Positions 56,129-64,000 of a stretch of 64,000 nt of DNA are shown in pieces (position 1 is the first letter of the stretch; the number at the start of each line of letters is the position of its first letter). The DNA is taken from contig CBDCJH010000002.1 in the NCBI GenBank assembly GCA_965217775.1, forward strand, positions 1,344,001 to 1,408,000, in the 5' to 3' direction. Under the pieces are notes generated by a model. It had not been told where the DNA came from. It saw only the letters and a program-made list of their open reading frames with translations, and did not search any database. Source of the DNA: Acidobacteriota bacterium. Lineage in GTDB: Bacteria > Acidobacteriota > UBA6911 > RPQK01 > JAJDTT01. A program made the position numbers and the translations under genes.

Positions 56129-57928
56129 ATGGTGGAGAAGCTGCAACCCAACGAATCCGGCCGGAGACTGGTGGGCACACCCCTCTCTCCGGGAATCGGA
56201 GCTGGAAGAGCGTATCGGATCGAGCAACATGTGCCGGACTTCCATCGGCTACATCTTTCTCCGGCCGAAGCGCCGCGCGAGTTGGAGAGGCTGCAGGAAG
56301 CCCTGGCCAAGTCCCGAGACCAGTTGGTACGGATCAAGGAACGATTCGAGCAACAACTGGGCAAGGAACACTCCTACATCATCGATGCCCATCGGCTGAT
56401 CCTTGAAGATCAGGAATTCCTGGACCAGATCCGATCCAAGATCAGGGATCATCTGTACGGTCCCGAGCGGGCCGTCTGGGAGGCTACTGAGGAGTGGCTG
56501 GCCGTGTACCGCACTTTGACCGACCCCTTTTTCCGGGACCGTGGATCGGATCTGGAAGAAGTCGCGCGGAGGGTTGTTGCCAACCTGGGTGAATCCGGGC
56601 CGCCCCGCAGGGAGGAAGAACCATCCGAAGACCTGATCCTCGTGGGCTCGGAAATCGGACTCTCGGATCTGGCCAGTTTTCGTCTGAGCCAGGTCAAGGG
56701 ACTGGTCTCGATGCGCGGGGGACAGACCTCGCATATCACCATCATCGCCCGGGTGCACCGTATTCCGGCCGTATCCGGCGTTCGGGAGGTCGAGGGAACC
56801 ATTCGGACGGGTGATGAAATGATCGTCGACGGTTCCGAAGGTACCGTTCTGGTTCAGCCGTCGGCGGGAGAGCGCCACAATTTCCAGGTGTTGCTGCGGC
56901 AGGAGCAACGTCGGAGTTCCCAGTTGGAGGGGGATTCCAGACCGTCCCGTACGGCTGACGGGAGGGTGGTCTCGGTGCTCGCCAACACCGACATGGAAGA
57001 CGAAGCCACTGTCGCCTTCGGCCTGGGTGCGGAGGGTATCGGACTCTTTCGTTCCGAGTTCGTGTACATGGGTGAAAGGAGTGGTCCCGTCCGGTTCGAA
57101 GAGCAATTGACCATCTATCGGCGGTTGGCCCGATTGACCGGGCGGCGACCGGCCGTGATCCGGACTTTGGACATGGGAACGGAAGATCACCCTTACTTCA
57201 GCCGGCTGGCGGGCGGTGGACCGGTGTTGGGCCTCCGGGGAATTCGATTGAGTCTGGACCAACCCCATCTTTTTCGAGCCCAGGTGCGAGCCATTGTCAG
57301 TGCCCGTACGGAGGGAAACCTGCGGATTCTGCTCCCCATGATCTCGAGTGCGGACGAATTGGTCACCGCCCGCGAGTTGATTCGGGAAGTGGAGCGGGAG
57401 GTGTCCGAAGCAACGGGCATCGAGCCGGAATCGCCGATCCAGGTCGGCGCCATGATCGAGGTCCCTTCGGCAGTACTGGTTCTGGACGGAATCTGCCGGC
57501 ATGCCGATTTCGTGTCGGTGGGCAGCAATGATCTGATCCAGTTCACTCTGGCGGTGGACCGATCCAGCGACCTGCTGTCACCCCTTTTCAACCCCCTCCA
57601 CCCGGCCATCCTGAAGAGCCTGGAACGGGTTGCCCGCGTCGCGTCGGAGAACCGCATTCCCGCCTACGTCTGTGGCGAGGTCGCCGCGCAGCCACTCTAC
57701 GCGTACCTGCTCATCGGTATGGGTTTCCAACGGCTTTCCATGAATCCGTTCTCCATTCCGACGGTGAAGAAACGAATTCGAGAGATGGTCTACGAGGAAG
57801 CAAGGGAGCGAATTCGGGAGCTGTTGGAGTTCTCTACGATTCAAGAAGTCGAGAGCTTCGTAAAACGAGAGATGCCGTCGTGGGAAACCGTCGGGCAGGG
57901 ATCGGGATCCCGGTTCGTGAAGAGCTGA
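56129..57928 (+). CDS. ptsI: PTS enzyme I
   Basis: 'GGQTSHITI', 'GIGLFRSEF', 'LGLRGIR', 'MIEVP', 'GSNDLIQF', 'CGE'. Confidence 0.95.
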   Translation: MVEKLQPNESGRRLVGTPLSPGIGAGRAYRIEQHVPDFHRLHLSPAEAPRELERLQEALAKSRDQLVRIKERFEQQLGKEHSYIIDAHRLILEDQEFLDQIRSKIRDHLYGPERAVWEATEEWLAVYRTLTDPFFRDRGSDLEEVARRVVANLGESGPPRREEEPSEDLILVGSEIGLSDLASFRLSQVKGLVSMRGGQTSHITIIARVHRIPAVSGVREVEGTIRTGDEMIVDGSEGTVLVQPSAGERHNFQVLLRQEQRRSSQLEGDSRPSRTADGRVVSVLANTDMEDEATVAFGLGAEGIGLFRSEFVYMGERSGPVRFEEQLTIYRRLARLTGRRPAVIRTLDMGTEDHPYFSRLAGGGPVLGLRGIRLSLDQPHLFRAQVRAIVSARTEGNLRILLPMISSADELVTARELIREVEREVSEATGIEPESPIQVGAMIEVPSAVLVLDGICRHADFVSVGSNDLIQFTLAVDRSSDLLSPLFNPLHPAILKSLERVARVASENRIPAYVCGEVAAQPLYAYLLIGMGFQRLSMNPFSIPTVKKRIREMVYEEARERIRELLEFSTIQEVESFVKREMPSWETVGQGSGSRFVKS

Positions 57929-57986
57929 CCTCCCCGGATCATGACCGGTGCCGAATGGGGGTGAAACCACTTGGCGGTGAATCGCC

Positions 57987-58538
57987 ATGACCTCAGCAAA
58001 CCTGCTCACGTTGCTTCGCATCCTCTCGGTTCCGGTTTTTCTGGCGCTGGTGGTTTCCGGCGCCGTCGGAACCGCCCTGTTGGTTTTCCTTCTGGCCGGG
58101 GCGACGGATCTGTTGGACGGGCTGATCGCCCGGAAATTCGGGCAGCGGACCTCTTTGGGGAGGTTCCTCGATCCCCTGGCCGACAAATTCCTGATGGTCG
58201 GGGCTCTCGTCGTGCTCTCACTGGAGAACCCGGCTCTGGAGGTCCAAATACCCCAATGGTTGACCCTGTCGGTGGTGGCCCGGGACCTGCTTTTGGGAAT
58301 TGGCGCGCTCTCGACCTACGTCTTCACCGGCGCCAAGTCGTTTCCGCCGTCCCTCTTGGGAAAGTTGTCCACACTTGCCCAGTTCACGATCATCCTGGCG
58401 GTCCTGGTGGACAACCTGATCCCGTGGCGACTGCCGTTTCACAGCAGTCTTTTCGGTCTCACGGCGCTGCTGACGGTGGGCAGCGGTTTCCAGTACCTGG
58501 TCCGCGGCGCACGGATCTTTGCCTGTAATCGGGGATGA
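57987..58538 (+). CDS. CDP-alcohol phosphatidyltransferase (PgsA/Cls-like)
   Basis: 'ANLLTLLR', 'TDLLDGLIAR...GRFLDPLADK'. Confidence 0.9.
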   Translation: MTSANLLTLLRILSVPVFLALVVSGAVGTALLVFLLAGATDLLDGLIARKFGQRTSLGRFLDPLADKFLMVGALVVLSLENPALEVQIPQWLTLSVVARDLLLGIGALSTYVFTGAKSFPPSLLGKLSTLAQFTIILAVLVDNLIPWRLPFHSSLFGLTALLTVGSGFQYLVRGARIFACNRG

Positions 58539-58573
58539 ATCGTCTGCATTTGGGGAGTTGAATCAGATTCGTC

Positions 58574-59356
58574 ATGGAATTCCGCAACCTGAGGTTGGAA
58601 ATCGATTCGGGAGGAGTGGCCGAGCTCACCCTGGAACGGCCGGAGGTCCTGAACGCGTTGAACCAGGAAACGATTCGGGAGCTGGAGACGGCCTTCCGTT
58701 CCCTGGAGCGGAAGAAGGAAGTCCGCGTGGTGCTCCTCGCCGGCGGCGGGGCGGCGTTTTCCGCCGGGGCGGACATCCCTGAGGTGCACCGGTTGGACGC
58801 CGAGACCGCGCAGGCTTTCTCACGCCGGGGACATGCCGTCCTGAATCGAATCGAAGACGGCCCCAAACCGGTTGTGGCCGCATTGCGGGGCTTCTGCCTT
58901 GGCGGGGGCTGCGAACTCGCGCTGGCGTGTCATATTCGGATTGCGGCGACGGATGCTCGAATCGGATTGCCTGAAGTGAAGCTGGGCATCATTCCCGGCT
59001 ATGGCGGCACGCAGCGTCTGGCCCGGACCGTGGGGCGTTCCAAGGCCCTCGAGTTGTTGCTCTGCGGCCGGACCATGACCGCCCAGGAGGCCTTGCAGAC
59101 CGGTCTGGTGACTCTCGTGGTGGAACCGGACGAGCTGCTGCCCACCTGCAGAGCACTGGCGTCAAGGATCGCCGGGCTGGCGCCTTTGGCTGTAAGGTAC
59201 TGCTTCGAGGCCGTCAATCGGGGGTACGATCTGCCTTTGCAAGCCGGGCTTGCCCTGGAGACGGCCCTCTTCGGGCTGGCGTCGGGCACGGATGACATGA
59301 AGGAGGGGACCCGGGCCTTCATGGAAAAAAGAAAGGCCCGTTTCAAGGGCCGGTGA
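58574..59356 (+). CDS. Enoyl-CoA hydratase/crotonase
   Basis: 'FSAGADI', 'GGGCELALAC', 'PEVKLGIIPGYGGTQRL'. Confidence 0.92.
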   Translation: MEFRNLRLEIDSGGVAELTLERPEVLNALNQETIRELETAFRSLERKKEVRVVLLAGGGAAFSAGADIPEVHRLDAETAQAFSRRGHAVLNRIEDGPKPVVAALRGFCLGGGCELALACHIRIAATDARIGLPEVKLGIIPGYGGTQRLARTVGRSKALELLLCGRTMTAQEALQTGLVTLVVEPDELLPTCRALASRIAGLAPLAVRYCFEAVNRGYDLPLQAGLALETALFGLASGTDDMKEGTRAFMEKRKARFKGR

Positions 59357-59370
59357 AGCCGAAAGCCTGG

Positions 59371-59530
59371 CCGCCCGTGGCAAGAGTCATCACGGCATTC
59401 GACCGGGTCTGCATCGTGCGCGGACTGCGTTGCTCCTCGGTCACATACTCCAGGTATGCTCCCTCAGAGCGCCTTGTCCGGCGGGCGCAGCCCCGGTCCC
59501 GGTGCTGCGTGAGACTTTCACCACGGACGG
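59371..59530 (+). mobile_element. MITE, copy 4 (diverged, 160 bp; flanks CTGG/CTAG)
   Basis: CCGCCCGTGGCAAGAGTC...GACTTTCACCACGGACGG with diverged interior. Confidence 0.8.
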
Positions 59531-59566
59531 CTAGTCGTAGTAGACTGGGGTTTGGGAGAAACGAAC

Positions 59567-60040
59567 GTGAAGGAAATCACAGGACGTTTGGATGGCGCGG
59601 ATCTCAGGATCGGCGTGGTTGTCAGCCGCTTCAACGAGTTGGTCACCGATCGGCTTCTGAAGGGGGCGTTGGACCTGCTCGACCGGCTCGGAGTCCCGGA
59701 TGCGGGTGTGACCGTCGTTCACGTGCCTGGGAGCTTCGAAATCCCTTTTGCCGCCCGGAAACTGGCTTCCGCCGGGATCTGCGACGCGGTCGTCTGCCTC
59801 GGGACCCTGATTCGGGGAGAGACGGACCATTACGAGTACCTGGCTTCGCATGTGACCGGAGCCCTTTCGCGATTGGCGCTGGAGCAGGGCGTCCCCATCA
59901 CCTACGGCCTGATCACGGCGGATACCACGGAACAAGCCATCAATCGAGCCGGATTGAAGCATGGCAACAAGGGGGCGGAGGCGGCGTCCGCAGCCGTGGA
60001 AATGGCTGACCTGGCTCGTCAGAAGCTGGCGGACGGCTGA
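59567..60040 (+). CDS. ribH: 6,7-dimethyl-8-ribityllumazine synthase
   Basis: 'SRFNE', 'VPGSFEIP', 'IRGETDHY', 'GNKGAEAA'. Confidence 0.95.
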   Translation: MKEITGRLDGADLRIGVVVSRFNELVTDRLLKGALDLLDRLGVPDAGVTVVHVPGSFEIPFAARKLASAGICDAVVCLGTLIRGETDHYEYLASHVTGALSRLALEQGVPITYGLITADTTEQAINRAGLKHGNKGAEAASAAVEMADLARQKLADG

Positions 60041-60179
60041 TGCGCCCGGTGGACACGGGGAAGGGATACCCCTGTTGGCCTCCCGTTCCGTCGCTCAGAC
60101 CGGGGATGGCCTCCCGCGCGGTGCGAGACGATCAATCCCACTGCCTGGTGGGACCACTCCCCTCGTTCAGTAGATCGAT

Positions 60180-60599
60180 ATGAGCAGAAGGAGGGCCCGT
60201 GAATACGCCCTGCAGATGCTCTATCAGCAGGAGGTGACCCGGGACCCGGGCTCAGTAGTGGAGAGGTCCTTCTGGGACGCACATGCCGCGGCTGCAGCAG
60301 AGGTCCGCAGCTTCGCACGTCACCTGTTCGGGAAATCGCTTCAAGACCGGAGCAGAATCGACGCCCTGATCCGGCGCCATTGCGACAACTGGAGATTGAG
60401 GAGGATTTCGGCAGTCGATCGAAACGTGCTGCGCATGGGAATCGCGGAGTTCCTCTTCTTGGACACGCCCAAGGTGGTGGTTATCAGCGAGGCCATCGAG
60501 ATCGCACGAAAATTTGGGACCGAGCGATCGGCGGATTTCGTGAACGGTATCCTGGATGCCGTTCGGAAGGAACTGGACGGGGAAAGGGAGACCGGTTGA
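60180..60599 (+). CDS. nusB: Transcription antitermination factor NusB
   Basis: 'RRRAREYALQMLY', 'DRNVLR', 'FVNGILD'. Confidence 0.95.
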   Translation: MSRRRAREYALQMLYQQEVTRDPGSVVERSFWDAHAAAAAEVRSFARHLFGKSLQDRSRIDALIRRHCDNWRLRRISAVDRNVLRMGIAEFLFLDTPKVVVISEAIEIARKFGTERSADFVNGILDAVRKELDGERETG

Positions 60600-60660
60600 G
60601 GAGAGAGATGACGCACGCGGCGGGCCACGCAGAGGGGACCGGGGATTGGGGAGCGGCAAG

Positions 60661-62178
60661 ATGAGTTCCGGAAGCGAACTGCTCAACCGGCGGCTGGAGA
60701 AGCTGCGGAGCATACGGGCCGGCGGCTATGAACCCTATCCCGCCAACTACGACCTGACCCACGAAATTCCCTGGATTCTGGAGAGCTTCTCCCACCTGGA
60801 GGCGGCTGATCTGGAGGCCGCGCGGCAGAGAGTTCGAACTGCCGGCCGCATGGTCTCGATTCGGGGCCATGGCAAGGTCAGCTTCGCCCACTTGAGCCAG
60901 GGTGGAGGCCGGCTCCAGATCTACGTGCGGCGGGATCGGGTGGGACCCGGGGAACACGATCTGTTCCGGTTGCTGGACATCGGGGACTTTCTGGGGGTGG
61001 AGGGGGAGTTGCTGCGGACCCGTACGGGAGAATTGACCGTCTTCGCCGATTCGGTACAGTTGTTGTCCAAGTCGGTCCGGCCCCTTCCCGAGAAGTGGCA
61101 CGGCCTGGCCGACGTGGAAGTGCGTTACCGGCAACGCTATCTGGACTTGATGGCCAACCCGTGCGTGCGGTCCGTATTCGTCCGCCGCAACCGGATCATC
61201 TCGTTCCTCCGCCGCTTTCTCGAGGCCAGGGGGTTCCTGGAGGTGGAAACCCCCATGATGCAGGTCCTGGCGGGAGGTGCGACGGCCCGGCCCTTCAGGA
61301 CCTATCACGAAGCGCTGGGAATCCCGCTGTATCTGAGGATCGCGCCGGAGCTCTACCTCAAACGCCTCGTGGTGGGGGGGTTGGATCGGGTGTTCGAAAT
61401 CAACCGGAATTTTCGAAACGAGGGCGTGTCCACCCGTCACAATCCCGAGTTCACCATGTTGGAGTTCTACCAGGCCTACAGCGACTACGGCGATCTGATG
61501 GATCTGACGGAAGAGATGTTGGGGGGGCTGGTCCGGGAGGTCTGCGCAGGATTGGAAGTGGAGTACGGACCGGCGACCATCGACTTCTCCTCGTTTCAAC
61601 GGTACAGCATGGTGGATGCGATTCGTCATTTCTGGCCCGGGCCACAGGCTCCCTCGGCCGAGAACCTGATGGACTCCACCGGGCTGAAAACTCTGCTACG
61701 TGGACAGAACCTGGAAGCACCGGCGGGGTCGAGTTGGGATCGCATGCTGGGACTGCTGTTCGAGACGGTGGCCGAAAAGCACTTGATCCAACCCACGTTC
61801 ATCTATGATTTCCCGGCGCAGCTGTCCCCGCTCTCCAAGCGGAAAGCCGATGACCCGCGATTCACGGAGCGTTTCGAGCTGTTCGCCGGAGGTCTGGAGC
61901 TGGCCAACGCCTACAGCGAGTTGAACGATCCGGAAGAGCAGAGGCAGCGATTCCGGGAGCAGCTGATCGATCGGGAGCAGGGAAACGACGAGGCCCACGA
62001 GATGGACGAGGACTATGTTCGGGCCCTCGAGTACGGAATGCCGCCGGTCGCCGGCGAGGGAATCGGCATCGATCGGCTTGCCATGCTGCTGACCAACTCC
62101 CCCTCCATCCGGGAAGTGATTCTCTTTCCCCATCTCCGTCCGTCCCGAAGGGAAAGAGGCTCGCGGGATGAAGAGTGA
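60661..62178 (+). CDS. lysS: Lysine--tRNA ligase (class II)
   Basis: 'RYRQRYLDL', 'YLRIAPELYLKRL', 'FRNEG', 'HNPEFTMLE', 'GIGIDRL'. Confidence 0.96.
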   Translation: MSSGSELLNRRLEKLRSIRAGGYEPYPANYDLTHEIPWILESFSHLEAADLEAARQRVRTAGRMVSIRGHGKVSFAHLSQGGGRLQIYVRRDRVGPGEHDLFRLLDIGDFLGVEGELLRTRTGELTVFADSVQLLSKSVRPLPEKWHGLADVEVRYRQRYLDLMANPCVRSVFVRRNRIISFLRRFLEARGFLEVETPMMQVLAGGATARPFRTYHEALGIPLYLRIAPELYLKRLVVGGLDRVFEINRNFRNEGVSTRHNPEFTMLEFYQAYSDYGDLMDLTEEMLGGLVREVCAGLEVEYGPATIDFSSFQRYSMVDAIRHFWPGPQAPSAENLMDSTGLKTLLRGQNLEAPAGSSWDRMLGLLFETVAEKHLIQPTFIYDFPAQLSPLSKRKADDPRFTERFELFAGGLELANAYSELNDPEEQRQRFREQLIDREQGNDEAHEMDEDYVRALEYGMPPVAGEGIGIDRLAMLLTNSPSIREVILFPHLRPSRRERGSRDEE

Positions 62179-62246
62179 GAGGCAGGGCGTTGGCCGGGTT
62201 GTGCTCATTCGGAGTCGGTGAAAAGGCGACGAAAAAAGGGGCGTGA

Positions 62247-63473
62247 ATGCGTTTCGAGCTGTTTGTCGCCCTCCGGTATCTTCGAGCCCAACGCAAACAA
62301 GCCGTCATATCGGTCATCAGCATCATTTCCGTGGTCGGCGTTGCCGCCGGCGTGATGGCCCTCACCATCGCGTTGGCCCTGAACAATGGTCTGCAACGGG
62401 AGTTTCAGGCCCGCATTCTGGGGGCCACCTCCCATCTCAATCTCCTGCCCGCCCGGGACCGGGCGATCATGGGTTATCAGAAAATCGCGCGCACCCTGAA
62501 CGAGATGCCCCGGATCAAGAGCGTCGTGCCGACGGTCTACGGACAGACGATGTTGCGGATCGGTGCGAGACAGGGAGCGGCAATCCTGAAGGGGATCGGC
62601 GGAGACCCGAGCCGGCCGTCCAATCTGAGTGTCTCCATCATCGAGGGAACCACGGCAGGATTCCATGACGGCGGCAGGCCCTTTCCCATCATCCTCGGAA
62701 AGGACCTGGCGGGATCCCTGGGAGCGCTGGTGGGAGAACCGGTTCGGGCTTACGGGCTACGGGGTGAACTCTCGCCCTTCGGCCGCAGTGTTCGGGTCGG
62801 AAGTTTCCGGGTCATGGCTATTTTCGAGTCCGGTTTGTGGGAGTACGACTCCAATTGGGCTCTGGTGCCGCTGGCCGCCGCTCAGTCCTTCTTCGGTCTT
62901 TCGAAGGATCAGGCCTCGGCGTTGGAAATGCGCGTCGAGGACATCTACGCCGTGGACGGCCAGGCCAGGGCAGTGCAGGAGACGATGGGCGACGACTTCG
63001 CCACCAACACCTGGATCGAACTGAACAGGCCGCTGTTTTCAGCTCTGGAGCTGGAGAAACTGGCCCTGTTCGTCGCCATCGGACTCATCGTTCTGGTCGC
63101 TGCCCTGAACATTGTCAGCACCCTGACCCTCATGGTCATGGACAAGAACCGGGATATTTCCATCATCACCGCCATGGGAGGAACTCCTCGAACGGTCACC
63201 GTGGTGTTCATGCTCCAAGGCCTCATCATCGGACTGGGCGGCACCGGACTGGGCGGCATCTTGGGAGCGGTCACCGCCTGGTATCTGGATGCGTACCAGG
63301 CGATCGAGCTGGAACCTCGTGTCTATTCGATCCCCTACGTCCCCTTTCAGTTGAATCCGTGGGATCTCGTGGTGGTTTCGCTGCTGGCGATTCTCATCAG
63401 TTTTGCCGCCACTCTTTATCCGGCACGCGTCGCGTCCAGGCTGGATCCGGTGGAAGGGCTCCGCTATGAGTGA
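62247..63473 (+). CDS. lolE: Lipoprotein-releasing ABC permease (LolC/LolE family)
   Basis: 'FVALRYLR', 'VAALNIVSTL', 'TLYPA...[10 protein letters not shown]'. Confidence 0.9.
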   Translation: MRFELFVALRYLRAQRKQAVISVISIISVVGVAAGVMALTIALALNNGLQREFQARILGATSHLNLLPARDRAIMGYQKIARTLNEMPRIKSVVPTVYGQTMLRIGARQGAAILKGIGGDPSRPSNLSVSIIEGTTAGFHDGGRPFPIILGKDLAGSLGALVGEPVRAYGLRGELSPFGRSVRVGSFRVMAIFESGLWEYDSNWALVPLAAAQSFFGLSKDQASALEMRVEDIYAVDGQARAVQETMGDDFATNTWIELNRPLFSALELEKLALFVAIGLIVLVAALNIVSTLTLMVMDKNRDISIITAMGGTPRTVTVVFMLQGLIIGLGGTGLGGILGAVTAWYLDAYQAIELEPRVYSIPYVPFQLNPWDLVVVSLLAILISFAATLYPARVASRLDPVEGLRYE

Positions 63474-64000
63474 TCTTCTCAAGATCCGCGGCCTGTCGAA
63501 GTCGTATCGTTCCGGGCGGGAGCGACTGCGCATTCTCGTGGATTTGAAGCTGACGGTTGAGCCGGGGCAAATGGTGGCGATCACGGGAGCCAGCGGTTCG
63601 GGCAAGAGCACCTTTCTGCATCTGGTCGGGGGAATGGAGAGACCGGATTCGGGAAGTATTCTGTTCCAGGATCTTGAGATCACCGGACTGCAGGGGCGGG
63701 AGCTGGCCAGGTACCGGAACCGGACCGTCGGCTTCGTATTTCAATTCCACTACCTCCTTCCCGAGTTCAACGCCCAGGAAAACGCCATGTTTCCGCTGCT
63801 GTTGCGGGGGGCCTCCCACCAGGAGGCTTCCAAGCGGGCTGAAGCTCTTCTGGCGGAAGTGGGGCTGGGTGACCGGATGCGGCACCGGCCGGGCGAACTT
63901 TCAGGCGGTGAGCAACAGCGTGTCGCTATCGCGCGCGCCCTGGCGGGAGAACCCAGACTCTTGTTGGCCGACGAACCCACAGGCAATCTCGATCCGGCCA
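63466..64000 (+). CDS. lolD: Lipoprotein-releasing ABC ATPase (runs off the window; absent from the ORF track)
   Basis: Manual translation: '[14 protein letters not shown]...GASGSGKST...FVFQFHYLL...[15 protein letters not shown]...ADEPTGNLD'. Confidence 0.92.
   Translation, partial: MSDLLKIRGLSKSYRSGRERLRILVDLKLTVEPGQMVAITGASGSGKSTFLHLVGGMERPDSGSILFQDLEITGLQGRELARYRNRTVGFVFQFHYLLPEFNAQENAMFPLLLRGASHQEASKRAEALLAEVGLGDRMRHRPGELSGGEQQRVAIARALAGEPRLLLADEPTGNLDPA

Noticed and set aside
1-64000. tRNA, rRNA or riboswitch genes (including an FMN riboswitch before ribH)
   Set aside because: None recognised by eye; the ribH upstream region is occupied by a MITE. tRNAscan-SE and Infernal were not run.

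Overview
GC-rich bacterial chromosomal window. Gene content (TIGR03436-like VWA protein, Acidobacteria-type TonB-dependent receptor, long LptC/LptA-like protein) suggests Acidobacteriota; this is an inference. The main discovery is a 9.7-kb integrated element (4999-14742) bounded by a 12-bp direct repeat CACCTGCTATCC. It carries a Cre-like tyrosine recombinase and a compact, apparently intact HK97-type head and packaging module: gp10-like neck protein, terminase large subunit with an N-terminal Cys4 zinc-finger extension, HNH, major capsid, small P-loop protein, prohead protease, gp6-like connector and portal. I see no tail, lysis, small-terminase or primase/replicase gene. It resembles a tail-less, capsid-forming phage satellite with an unusual gene order. 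It splits an outer-membrane beta-barrel gene that excision would rejoin in frame. The same gene also carries an in-frame 158-bp MITE, one of 4 copies in the window. Other notable parts are a four-gene envelope operon with RGG-rich segments behind a SigW-like ECF promoter, a second REP-containing repeat family, a transporter/hydrolase cluster and an ECF sigma/anti-sigma-vWA pair. The rest is housekeeping: moaD/E/mog, nfeD-stomatin, lnt, frameshifted prfB, recJ, lptB, rpoN, hprK-PTS, ribH, nusB, lysS, lolE/D. All calls come from motif recognition by eye; no database searches were run.
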